From positions 339,326,001 to 339,390,000 of the forward strand of contig OZ024742.1 of the NCBI GenBank assembly GCA_964016885.1: a stretch of DNA of 64,000 nucleotides. Direction: 5' to 3'. This stretch comes from Eledone cirrhosa (Eukaryota). Numbering within the stretch: the stretch's first letter is position 1; every line of letters starts with the position of its first letter. Below are positions 29,901 to 44,475 of the stretch, one piece after another. A model generated the notes under the pieces. The model saw nothing but the letters and a program-made list of their open reading frames with translations, searched no databases and was not told the DNA's origin. The position numbers and the translations under genes were made by a program.

Positions 29901-32900
29901 ACCACTACCATCACACTACTCCACCACTACCATCACACTACCCCACCACTACCATCACACTACACCACCACTACCATCACACTACCCCACCACTACCATC
30001 ACACTACCCCACCACTACTATCACACTACCCCACCACTACAATCACACTACTCCACCACTACCATCACACTACCCCACCACTACAATCACACTACTCCAC
30101 CACTAGCATCACACTACTCCACCACTACCAACACACTACCCCACCACCACCATCACACTACCCCACCATTACCATCACACTAACCCACCACTGCCATCAC
30201 ACTACCCCACCACTACCATCACACTACCCCACCCCTACCATCACATTACTCCACCACTACCATCACACTACCCCACCACTACCATCACACTACCCCACCA
30301 CTACCATCACACTACCCCACCACTACAATCACACTACTCCACCACTAGCATCACACTACTCCACCACTACCATCACACTACTCCACCACTACCATCACAA
30401 TACTCCACCACTATTTCGCACTACCCTACCACTACCATCACACTACCCAACCACTACCATCACACTACTCCACCACTAGCATCACACTACTCCACCACTA
30501 CCATCACACTAGCCCACCACTACCATCACACTACCCCACCACTACCATCACACTTCTCCACCACGACCATCACACTACCCCACCACTACCATCACACTAC
30601 TCCACCACTAGCATCACACTACTCCACCACTACCATCACACTAGCCCACCACTACCATCACACTACCCCACCACTACCATCACACTACCCCACCACTACC
30701 ATCACACTACTCCACCACTACGATATCACTACTCCACCACTACCATCACACTACCCCACCACTAGCATCACACTACCCCACCACTACCATCACACTGCCC
30801 CACCACTACCATCACACTACCCCACCACTACCATCACACTACTCCACCACTACCATCACACTACCACACCACTACCATCACACTACCATCACACTACCCC
30901 ACCACTACCATCACACTACCCCACCACTACCATCACACTACTCCACCACTACCATCACACTACCCCACCACTACCATCACACTACCCCACCACTACCATC
31001 ACACTATCATCACACTACCCCACCACTACCATCACACTACCCCACCACTACCATCACACTATCATCACACTACCCCACCACTACCATCACACTGCCCCAC
31101 CACTACCATCACACTACTCCACCACTACCATCACACTACCCCACCACTACCATCACACTACCCCACCACTACCATCACACTATCATCACACTACACCACC
31201 ACTACCATCACACTACCCCACCACGACCATCACACTACACCACCACTACCATCACACTACCCCAGCACTACCATCACACTACCCCACCACTACCATCACT
31301 CTACCCCACCACTACCATCACACTAGCACACCACTACCATCACACTACCATCACACTACCACACAACTACCATCACACTACCCCACCACTACCATCACAC
31401 TACTCCACCACAACCATCACACTACCCCACCACTACCCCACCACTACCATCACACTACCCCACCACTACCATCACACTACCCCACCACTACCATCACACT
31501 TCTCCACCACGACCATCACACTACCCCACCACTACCGTCACACTACCCCACCACTACCATCACACTTCTCCACCACGACCATCACACTACCCCACCACTA
31601 CCATCACACTACCCCACCACTACCATCACACTACCCCACCACTACCGTCACACTACCCCACCACTACCATCACACTTCTCCACCACGACCATCACACTAC
31701 CCCACCACTACCATCACACTACCCCACCACTACCATCACACTACCCCACCACTACCGTCACACTACCCCACCACTACCATCACACTTCTCCACCACGACC
31801 ATCACACTACCCCACCACTACCGTCACACTACCCCACCACTACCATCACACTAGCACACCACTACCATCACACTACCCCACCACTACCATCACACTTCTC
31901 CACCACGACCATCACACTACCCCACCACTACCATCACACTACCCCACCACTACCATCACACTACCCCACCACTACCATCACACTACCCCACCACTACCAT
32001 CACACTACCCCACCACTACCATCACACTACCCCACCACTACCATCACACTACTCCACCACTACCATCACACTAGCCCACCACTACCATCACACTACCCCA
32101 CCACTACCATCACACTACCCCACCACTACCATCACACTACCCCACCACTACCATCACACTACACCACCACTACCATCACACTACCCCACCACTACCATCA
32201 CACTACCATCACACTACCCCACCACGACCATCACACTACTCCACCACTACCATCACACTACCCCAGCACTACCATCACACTACCCCACCACTACCATCAC
32301 ACTACCCCACCTCTACCATCACACTACCACACCACTACCATCAGACTACCATCACACTACCCCACCACTACCATCACACTACCCCACCACTACCATCACA
32401 CTACCCCACCACTACCATCACACTACCCCACCACTACCATCACACTACCCCACCACTACCATCACACTATCATCACACTACCCCAACACTACCATCACAC
32501 TACTCCACCACTACCATCACACTGTCCCACCACTACCATCACACTACTCCACCACTTCCATCACACTACCCCACCACTACCATCACACTACCCCACCACT
32601 ACCATCACACTACTCCACCACTAGCATCACACTACCCCACCACTACCATCACACTACTCCACCACTACCATCACACTACTCCACCACTACCAACACACTA
32701 CCCCACCACTACCATCACACTACTCCACCACTACCATCACACTACCCCACCACTACCATCACACTACCCCACCACTACCATCACACTACCCCACCACTAC
32801 CATCACACTACCCCACCACTACCATCACACTACTCCACCACTACAATCACACTACCCCACCACTACCATCACACTACCCCACCCCTACCATCACACTACC

Positions 32901-35900
32901 CCACCACTACCATCACACTACCCCACCACTACCATCACACTACTCCACCACTTCCATCACACTACCCCACCACTACGATCACACTACCCCACCACTACCA
33001 TCACACTACTCCACCACTACCATCACACTACCCCACCACTACCATCACACTACTCCACCACTACCATCACACTACCCTACCACTACCATCACACTACCCC
33101 ACCACTACCATCACACTACCCCACCACTACCATATCACTACCCCACCACTACCATCACACTACCCCACCACTACCATCACACTACCCCACCACTACCATC
33201 ACACTACTCCACCACTACCATCACACTACCATCACACTACCCCACCACTACCATCACACTACTCCACCACTACCATCACACTACCCCACCACTACCATCA
33301 CACTACCCCACCACTACCATCACACTACTCCACCACTACCATCACACTACCCCACCACTATTTCGCACTACCCCACCACTACCATCACACTACCCCACCA
33401 CTACCATCACACTACCCCACCACTACCATCACACTACCCCACCACTACCATCACACTACTCCACCACTACCATCACACTACCCCACCACTGCCATCACAC
33501 TACCCCACCACTACCATCACACTACCCCACCACTACCATATCACTACCCCACCACTACCATCACACTACCCCACGACTACCATCACACTACTCCACCACT
33601 ACCATCACACTACTCCACCACTACCATCACACTACCCCACCACTATTTCGCACTACCCCACCACTACCATCACACTACCCCACCACTACCATCACACTAC
33701 CCCACCACTACCATCACACTACCCCACCACTACCATCACACTACCCCACCACTACCATCACAATACTCCACCACTACCATCACACTACCCCACCACTACC
33801 ATCACACTACCCCACCACTAACATCACACTACTCCACCACTACCATCACACTACGCCACCACTACCATCACACTACCCCACCACTACCATCACACTACCC
33901 CACCACTACCATCACACTACTCCACCACTACCATCACACTACCATCACACTACCCCACCACTACCATCACAATACTCCACCACTACCATCACACTACCCC
34001 ACCACTACCATCACACTACCCCACCACTAACATCACACTACTCCACCACTACCATCACACTACGCCACCACTACCATCGCACTACCCCACCACTACCATC
34101 ACACTACCCCACCACTACCATCACACTACTCCACCACTACCATCACACTACCCCACCACTACCATCACACTACCCCACCACTACCATCACACTACCCCAC
34201 CACTACCATCACACTACCCCACCACTACCATCACAATACCCCACCACTATCATCACACTACCCCACCACTACCATCACACTACCCCACCACTACCATCAC
34301 ACTACCCCACCACTACCATCACACTACCCCACGACTACCATCACACTACTCCACCACTACCATCACACTAGCCCACCACTACCATCACACTACCCCACCA
34401 CTACCATCACACTACCCCACCACTACCATCACACTACCCCACCACTACCATCACACTATCATCACACTACCCCACCACGACCATCACACTACTCCACCAC
34501 TACCATCACACTACCCCAGCACTACCATCACACTACCCCACCACTACCATCACACTACCCCACCTCTACCATCACACTACCACACCACTACCATCAGACT
34601 ACCATCACACTACCCCACCACTACCATCACACTACCCCACCACTACCATCACACTACTCCACCACTACCATCACACTGCCCCACCACTACCATCACACTA
34701 CTCCACCACTTCCATCACACTACCCCACCACTACCATCACACTACCCCACCACTACCATCACACTACTCCACCACTACCATCACACTACCCCACCACTAC
34801 CATCACACTACCCCACCACTACCATCACACTACCCCACCACTACCATCACACTACCCCACCACTACCATCACACTACTCCACCACTACAATCACACTACC
34901 CCACCACTACCATCACACTACCCCACCCCTACCATCACACTACCCCACCACTGCCATCACACTACCCCACCACTACCATCACACTACCCCACCACTACCA
35001 TATCACTACCCCACCACTACCATCACACTACCCCACGACTACCATCACACTACTCCACCACTACCATCACACTACTCCACCACTACCATCACACTACCCC
35101 ACCACTATTTCGCACTACCCCACCACTACCATCACACTACCCCACCACTACCATCACACTACCCCACCACTACCATCACACTTCTCCACCACGACCATCA
35201 CACTACCCCACCACTACCGTCACACTACCCCACCACTACCATCACACTTCTCCACCACGACCATCACACTACCCCACCACTACCGTCACACTACCCCACC
35301 ACTACCATCACACTAGCACACCACTACCATCACACTACCCCACAACTACCATCACACTTCTCCACCACGACCATCACACTACCCCACCACTACCATCACA
35401 CTACCCCACCACTACCATCACACTACCCCACCACTACCATCACACTACCCCACCACTACCATCACACTACCCCACCACTACCATCACACTACCCCACCAC
35501 TACCATCACACTACTCCACCACTACCATCACACTAGCCCACCACTACCATCACACTACCCCACCACTACCATCACACTACCCCACCACTACCATCACACT
35601 ACCCCACCACTACCATCACACTACACCACCACTACCATCACACTACCCCACCACTACCATCACACTACCATCACACTACCCCACCACTACCATCACACTA
35701 CCCCACCACTACCATATCACTACCCCACCACTACCATCACACTACTCCACCACTACCATCACACTGCCCCACCACTACCATCACACTACTCCACCACTAC
35801 CATCACACTAGCCCACCACTACCATCACACTACCCCACCACTACCATCACACTACTCCACCACTACCATCACACTACCCCACCACTACCATCACACTAGC

Positions 35901-38900
35901 CCACCACTACCATCACACTACCCCACCACTACCATCACACTACTCCACCACTACCATCACACTACCCCACCACTACCATCACACTACCCCACCACTACCA
36001 TCACACTACTCCACCACTACCATCACACTACTCCACCACTACCATCACACTACACCACCACTACCATCACACTACCCCACCACTACCATCACACTACCAT
36101 CACACTACCCCACCACTACCATCACACTACCCCACCACTACCATATCACTACCCCACCACTACCATCACACTACTCCACCACTACCATCACACTGCCCCA
36201 CCACTACCATCACACTACCCCACCACTACCATCACACTACCCCACCACTACCATCACACTACCCCACCACTACCATCACACTACCCCACCACTACCATCA
36301 CACTACTCCACCACTACAATCACACTACCCCACCACTACCATCACACTACCCCACCCCTACCATCACACTACCCCACCACTACCATCACACTACCCCACC
36401 ACTACCATCACACTACCCCACCACTACCATCACACTACTCCACCACTTCCATCACACTACCCCACCACTACCATCACACTACCCCACCACTACCATCACA
36501 CTACTCCACCACTACCATCACACTACGCCACCACTACCATCACACTACCCCCACCACTAACATCACACTACTCCACCACTACCATCACACTACGCCACCA
36601 CTACCATCGCACTACCCCACCACTACTATCACACTACCCCACCACTACCATCACACTACTCCACCACTACCATCACACTACCCCACCACTACCATCACAC
36701 TACCCCACCACTACCATCACAATACCCCACCACTATCATCACACTACCCCACCACTACCATCACACTACCCCACCACTACCATCACACTACCCCACCACT
36801 ACCATCACACTACCCCACCACTACCATCACACTACCCCACCACTACCATCACAATACCCCACCACTACCATCACACTACCCCACCACAACCATCACACTA
36901 CCCCACCACTAACATCACACTACTCCACCACTAACATCACACTACCCCACCACTACCATCACACTACCCCACCACTACCATCACACTACTCCACCACTAC
37001 CATCACACTTCTCCACCACTACCATCACACTACCCCACCACTACCATCCCACTACCCCACCACTACCATCACACTACTCCACCACTACCATCACACTACC
37101 CCACCACTACCATCACACTACCCCACCACTACCATCCCACTACCCCACCACTACCATCACACTACTCCACCACTACCATCACACTACCCCACCACTACCA
37201 TCACACTACCCCACCACTACCATCACACTACCCCACCACTACCATCACACTACCCCACCACTACCATCACACTACTCCACCACTCCCATCACACTACCCC
37301 ACCACTACCATCACCCTACCCCACCATACCATCACACTAGTCCACCACTACCATCACACTACCCCACCATACCATCACACTACTCCACCACTACCATCAC
37401 ACTACCCCACCACTACCATCACACTACTCCACCACTACCATCACACTACCCCACCACTACCATCACACTACCCCACCATACCATCACACTACTCCACCAC
37501 TACCATCACACTACCCCACCACTACCATCACACTACCCCACCACTACCATCACACTACTCCACCACTACCATCACACTACCCCACCACTACCATCACACT
37601 ACTCCACCACTACCATCACACTTCTCCACCACTACCATCACACTACTCCACCACTACCATCACACTACTCCACCACTTCCATCACACTACCCAACCACTA
37701 CCATCACACTACCCCACCACTACCATATCACTACACCACCACTACCATCACACTACCCCACCACTAGCATCACACTACCCCACCACTACCATATCACTAC
37801 ACCACCACTACCATCACACTACCCCACCACTAGCATCACACTACCCCACCACTACAATCACACTACCCCACCATACCATCACACTACCCCACCACTACTA
37901 TCACACTACCCCACCACTACCATCACACTACCCCACCACTACCATCACACTACCCCACCACTACCATCACACTACCCCACCACTACCCCACCACTACCCC
38001 ACCACTACCATCACACTACCCCACCACTACCATCACACTACTCCACCACTACCATCACACTAGCCCACCACTACCATCACACTACCCCACCACTACCATC
38101 ACACTACCCCACCACTACCATCACACTACCCCACCACTACCATCACACTACCCCACCACTACCATCACACTACCCCACCACTACCATCACACTACTCCAC
38201 CACTACCATCACACTACCCCACCACTACCATCACACTACTCCACCACTACCATCACACTACCCCACCACTACCACCACACTACCCCACCACTACCATCAC
38301 ACTACCCCACCACTTCCGTCACACTACCCCACCCTTACCATCACACTACCCCACCACTACCATCACACTACTCCACCACTACCATCACACTACCCCACCA
38401 CTACCATCACACTACCCCACCACTACCATCACACTACCCCACCACTACCATCACACTACCCCACCACTTCCGTCACACTACTCCACCACTACCATCACAC
38501 TACCCCACCACTACCACCACACTACCCCACCACTACCATCACACTACCCCACCACTACCATCACACTACCCCACCACTTCCGTCACACTACTCCACCACT
38601 ACCATCACACTACCCCACCACTACCATCACACTACCCCACCACTACCATCACACTACCCCACCACTACCATCACACTACTCCACCACTACCATCACACTA
38701 CCCCACCACTACCATCACACTACTCCACCACTACCATCACACTACCCCACCACTACCACCACACTACCCCACCACTACCATCACACTACCCCACCACTTC
38801 CGTCACACTACCCCACCCTTACCATCACACTACCCCACCACTACCATCACACTACTCCACCACTACCATCACACTACCCCACCACTACCATCACACTACC

Positions 38901-39186
38901 CCACCACTACCATCACACTACCCCACCACTACCATCACACTACCCCACCACTACCATCACACTACCCCACCACTACCATCACACTACCCCACCACTACCA
39001 TCACACTACTCCACCACTACCATCACACTACCCCACCACTACCATAAAACTACCCCACCACTACCATCACACTACTCCACCACTTCCATCACACTACCCC
39101 ACCACTACCATATCACTACTCCACCACTACCATCACACTACCCCACCACTACTATCACACTACTCCACCACTACCATCACACCCCA
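11947..39186. repeat. 22-bp tandem satellite, consensus CCACCACTACCATCACACTACC (about 1,200 units)
   Basis: Uninterrupted ~27.2 kb array; recurrent variants (TACTCC, TAGC, TATTTCGC, half-unit duplications). Confidence 0.98.
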
Positions 39187-39261
39187 TTAAAAATCTGTAT
39201 TAAGAAAGTGGAATGGAACACTCCGTACTTCGTATGATGAATTTCATTGCATCACTTCTTT

Positions 39262-39393
39262 ACGGTCCTTTACGTTCTGAGTTAAAATCCCGCCGAGGTT
39301 AACTTTGCATTTCATCCTTACGGGGTCGATAAAATAAAGTACCATAATGCACTGAGTAATTGCTGGCCTTCTGCCAAAAGTAGAAACAATTAA
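39262..39393 (+). mobile_element. SINE copy 5 (5'-truncated)
   Basis: SINE core and tail. Confidence 0.85.
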
Positions 39394-39964
39394 TATATAC
39401 AGAAAGAGTTTTCCACACCATTGTCACAATTTTCAGTAAAGGTCAACTTTCTATAACTGAGAATCTTAATATATTAACTGTCAGTAGAGTTGTTGACATT
39501 AGTGGGAAAATGTATCATTTCACAAGTCAAGAGATGAACATCTATTCTTTTATTCTTAAATACTTTTACCGGTTTCAGTCATCAGACTTCGGCTGTCCTG
39601 AGAAATGAAATAAAAACAACAAAACAAAACAGAACACAACAAAAATAACTTACAGCTCCCACCTATGAAAGTTTAACTGGGTTCCTTTTTTGAAGTTGCA
39701 CCTCACAAGAGTTTCTTGGATGTTTTTGTAATAGGGTTCCGAATTATATAAAACGATAACGTGAAATGAAGAATCTTGCCCAAGAACACGACGTGCTACC
39801 TGGGTTAGAAATTGAACCAACGACCGATCGTAGATCGAACACCCACCTAAACATAAGGTCACATGCTGAGGTACCGCAATGAGGGAATTTATTCGATCGT
39901 ATTGACTGCCGTATTTATTCTTTAAAAATCAAATCTCGTACGGTTGTTATTAATATCTTTCAGT

Positions 39965-40066
39965 GGAATCAATTGGAGACGGTTGCTTCTGATAGGAGCC
40001 GCTGTACGGAGTGTTTAACGACTATTCCCCCACTACCCTCTCAGGAATAAGTGGGGGAAGAAGAAG
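39965..40066 (+). mobile_element. RTE LINE 3' end fragment (same family as 56570-56892)
   Basis: ttggagacggttgcttctga.agg..ccgctg shared; short GAAGAAGAAG tail. Confidence 0.65.
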
Positions 40067-40067
40067 A

Positions 40068-40203
40068 CTGGTACTTTTTTATCGACCTCGAAAGGATGAA
40101 AGGCAAAGTTGACCTCGGCGGGGTTTGAACTCAGAGAGTAGAGAGTCGGAATGTATACCATAGAGCATTCTATCCCTTCTCACGACTCTGCCAATTCGCC
40201 ACC
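40068..40203 (-). mobile_element. SINE copy 6 (diverged subfamily)
   Basis: atcgacctcgaaaggatgaaaggcaaagttgacctcggcggg. Confidence 0.8.
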
Positions 40204-40210
40204 TATATAT

Positions 40211-40292
<82 letters not shown>

Positions 40293-40621
40293 GTGTGTCT
40301 GTGTGTCTGTGTGTGTGTGTGTGTGTGTGTATCTGCAAATGGATGTAATTACAATAGAAAATGTGATTCTCATTTATATTCATAAGACATTTTATATTAT
40401 GGAAATACGTGGAATCTATTAATTCCACTACTGTGTATTTCCACTACAAATCTTAATGACACCGGAAGTATGAGAAACAAGACTAGCCAATCTGCAGGAT
40501 TTTTAACGTAGGAGACCGGAAGTACCGAACTTTCGATACAGTTTAATCATGTTATTTGATTCATGACCACCATTACTTTCATCACCACTACCATCACTGT
40601 ACCACCATCATTGTCACCAGC

Positions 40622-41030
40622 CCCACCATCACCGCTCAAACCACCATCAACTATATCATCACTGAACCACCATAACCGCTTAAACCACCATCATACCTAC
40701 CATCGCTGAACCACCATCACCGCTTAAACCACCATCAACTATACCATCACTGAACCACCATAACCGCTTAAACCACCATCATACCTACCACTACTGAATC
40801 ACCATCAACACTTAAACCACAGATCATACCTACCATCGCTGAACCACCATAACCGCTTAAACCACCATCAAACATACCACTACTGAACCACCATCACCGC
40901 TTAAACCACAATCATACCTACCATCGCTGAACCACCATCACCGCTTAAGCCACCATCAACCTTACCATAGCTGAACCACCATCACCCCTTAAACCACCAT
41001 CAACCATACCATTGTAGAACAACCATCAAT
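40622..41030. repeat. 44-bp minisatellite, about 9 copies
   Basis: CTGAA(C/T)C recurs at about 40662, 40706, 40750, 40794, 40839, 40883, 40927, 40971. Confidence 0.85.
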
Positions 41031-41216
41031 ATTACTGTCTTTGTAGCACTGCTTTTCCACAATCACCACTATCATCGTTGTAACATCACTATACCACCAC
41101 CACTACCATTATCAGTAGCACCGACTGACCACCATCACCATTAACTTCATAACAGCTTCACTTTTACTGCCACCGTCATTTTTAATGACAAATGAAAAAT
41201 ATAGAACAAAATAAAT

Positions 41217-41407
41217 ATAATTGTTTCCACTTTTGGCACAAGGCCAGTAATTACCCAGTACATTACTGGTACTTTATTTTATCGACCCCGTAAGGATGAA
41301 AGGCAAAGTTAACCTCGGCGGGATTTGAACTCAGACCATAAAGAGCCGTAACTCTTTGCTGTAAAGCATGGCGTCCGACCCTCTATTGATACTGCCAATC
41401 CACCGCC
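41217..41407 (-). mobile_element. SINE copy 7 (full length)
   Basis: Head, core and tail all present. Confidence 0.9.
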
Positions 41408-41947
41408 AAATAGATAAAAACTAATAAAATATAGCAACGCCACAGTATCATCCCATTCCAGTAAGTTATTGGAAGCAAATGACACGTTTTGAATTAAGAA
41501 ACAGCAAACAATATGGCGTGTTGGATGTCATGATAAATACACTATGCCGTCTGCTTGGAGGCTATTGTCGTATGCAGATGGACAATTTCTTTGTAAGAAA
41601 TGATTTAGGTATGGACAATTAATGTCTATAAGATACACAGCTGGTGAAACGTGACTGTAAATAGTGACATGTATTTATTGGTGGTAAAGAAATGATTGAA
41701 ACAGAAAAAGAGTTAAGGAATGATATAGATATACTGTATTTTCCGGTATACAATACACAACCTTTTCACTCGAAACATTCATATTCAAAATCTGCCTGAA
41801 GTCTATACACCGAAAGTTTGAATACAGCATTAATAATATACTATACAGAATCCATTTATTTATAAGTAAGTTGAATATAATTTTTTCTCTCACTTGAAGA
41901 ATGTATGTATCTATGTACACACACACACACACACACACACAGCCACA

Positions 41948-42004
<57 letters not shown>

Positions 42005-42335
42005 GTATATATTTCTATGGAATGTGTGTGCTTTAATACAAAATTTCAAATTTTCCGAATGCTTCCGTCGGCAATCGCTTCGTGTACACTTCTAGCTACA
42101 CGCTTAAAATCTTCTAAACCAACAAAATTAGTGGTTGGCAGTTCTTTTGAGTAGCAGTTAAAGCACTTGTCCAACATCCGAAAGAAGCAATTCCACGCAG
42201 ATGCCCCTGTCCCCATTTTCCGACTCTATGGGTATCTTACCCGGTTCTCTCTTGCGCCCCACCTATTTGTGTCGTTGCGGTGTGGTTTCTGTTTACCTTT
42301 TACACACACACATACACATACACACACACCCGTAT

Positions 42336-42422
<87 letters not shown>

Positions 42423-42436
42423 GACATATATATATA

Positions 42437-42487
42437 TCCGTCTGATGACACTGTGATAAACAGATGAAACTCCAGAGTAACAAGACT
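42437..42487 (+). ncRNA. Degenerate solo hammerhead motif
   Basis: gt-CTGATGA-ca-ctgt-gataa-acag-at-GAAAC-tccaga-GTA-ac; stem I only 2 bp; between microsatellites. Confidence 0.45.
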
Positions 42488-42554
42488 CACTATTTAGCCT
42501 TAATAAAATGAATATATATATATGTGTGTGTGTGTGTGTGTTATGCGTGTGTTA

Positions 42555-42645
<91 letters not shown>

Positions 42646-43495
42646 TGAAAGCAGTGTCATAGTGATTAGAACGTCTGAATCATGATTGTAAAGCCGTGGG
42701 TTCGATTTCAGGTTCTTCTTTCTGTCAGGAGTTGCAACACGTAGGTATTATCAACAAAGACCAATGGAAACGCTGCTTCCTTGGACTGAAGTGACGTCCG
42801 GTACTTTTTTCAAATATATATATATATCCCCACTCTCAAAACCTTTCCCCACTTACAAAACGTTCAAAGCGCAGGCATTGCTTATTCAGGATCTGTTACA
42901 GGTTCGTGTGGCTGGCCGTAGTCCAAAAGTGCACCATTTTCTGTGAGCGATGCAATACTCTTAGCAGAGTTTGCAACCATCATGTATGTATGTATGTATG
43001 TATGTATGTATCTCACTCGTTCAGCGCATTGGTAGGGGTTCCCCTACATGGATATAAAGTAGTGGCCGTACTCGAAAACGAGTTGGCAGCCACCATGTAT
43101 GTATGTATGTATGTATGTATGTATGTATGTATGTATGTATGCATACATACGTGTATGCATTTATGTATGTATAAGTTTATCCCGTGTTCAATCGGTGGTA
43201 ACCACTGTAAGTAAGGTACTCAATACAAAGCAGAGTATAAATATTCAATATAGAAACGGCTTCTACAGCAATCGGGGGTAACCACAGTAAGTAAATATAT
43301 ATATGTATGTGTGTGTGTGCGTGCTCATGCGTTTGTATGCAAATGTATACATATATTTATAATTACGAGGGTTGAAATACCACATTTGTTTGAGAAATCT
43401 AATCAGAAGCAAACGGAATATACATAAAATAAAATAAAATATATACAGATCGCCTCAATAACTATTACATCACCCGGACAGCTTATGGATTTAAT

Positions 43496-43552
43496 CTGTT
43501 TCGCCCTGAGGATTGTGTTTGTAACAGATAATCCGTGGGCATCATCAGCGAG
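43496..43552 (-). ncRNA. Partial hammerhead motif (3'-truncated)
   Basis: CTGATGA-t-gccc..ggatt..aatcc..gggc-GAAAC; no cleavage triplet or stem I partner. Confidence 0.4.
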
Positions 43553-43690
43553 AGAATAGATTTCTCAAACAAATGTGATATTTTAACCCTCGTAATTTTA
43601 GACACACGATTTACTGTGTTTATTACTACATATATTATTGAAATGCTCAGTATTTATACTTTGAGCTTGTTTATTACAAGGTATCAGTAT

Positions 43691-44475
43691 CGACGACACG
43701 CTCGGAGAAACTCTGGGCGGAGAGGAGGACGAACTGGCCAGTCTGTTCGGTAGGACGTTCCGCCCGGGACCAATGGACAACTTCCAAAAATCCCTGGCCT
43801 GGCAGTGCTACCGAGGAGCTCTACCAGTTCGAGACAAGCTCTACAGACACGGGCGCCCGAGTAGGGACCCTTCGAAAAAGATCTGTCCGAGATGCGTGCG
43901 CGACAAGGAAACCGTCGCGCACGCATTTGCACACTGCCCGGGCGTTACCGATCTGTGGGGCTATGTAGAACGGCTATTGTCGCGGGTGGGACCAATCCGG
44001 TTGACCACCGAGTCCATTGTCATGATCAAAAACAGATTAAGTCCATTGTCATGATCAAACCGCCACCCTCCTTCAAAAACGAGGGAGAAGCGGTTTTCCT
44101 ATGTGTTATGGCTATGGTGAAAGAGGTTATATGGTGGACGAGGTTAAAAGGGCTGAGGTCAGACACTTTCTCTCCGGCGAGCAACGGATTCGTTTTTTCA
44201 AATATCATTTTGGAAGAAAAATCAGGATGGAGAGAGAGGAGCTGTACCCCAGCAAATTTTATAAAAGGTGGGTGAATGTGGCAAAGATGGCCCGAGTGGT
44301 TGGGCCTTCTCTCTATATAAGCCTGTAGGTTGAGGAAAAAGAGGAAGAGAGGAAGGGAGTACTCACTCTTGGTGCTCCTGGTGATGAGGGTTGTACATTT
44401 TTTCGTGCTGTGTACAACCCCTGTGTAACACCTCCTCCCTATTGTGGATATCAATTGTTATTTGTTATTTTATTA
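43691..44475 (+). mobile_element. Tx1-like LINE copy 1, 3' fragment (ORF2 C-terminal zinc finger + partial 3' UTR)
   Basis: KKICPRC..ETVAHAFAHCP; homologous to the ends of copies 2 and 3; short internal duplication at ~44011-44059. Confidence 0.85.

Noticed and set aside
11878-30479. Long His/Thr/Pro-rich ORFs as extensin- or mucin-like genes
   Set aside because: Artefact of a stop-free 22-bp unit; indels and variants ignore codon phase.
11947-39186. CRISPR array or telomeric repeat
   Set aside because: No unique spacers, eukaryotic context, and the unit is not TTAGGG-like.
42650-42712. tRNA gene (also 58573-58639)
   Set aside because: A/B-box-like motifs only, no consistent cloverleaf; more likely SINE heads.
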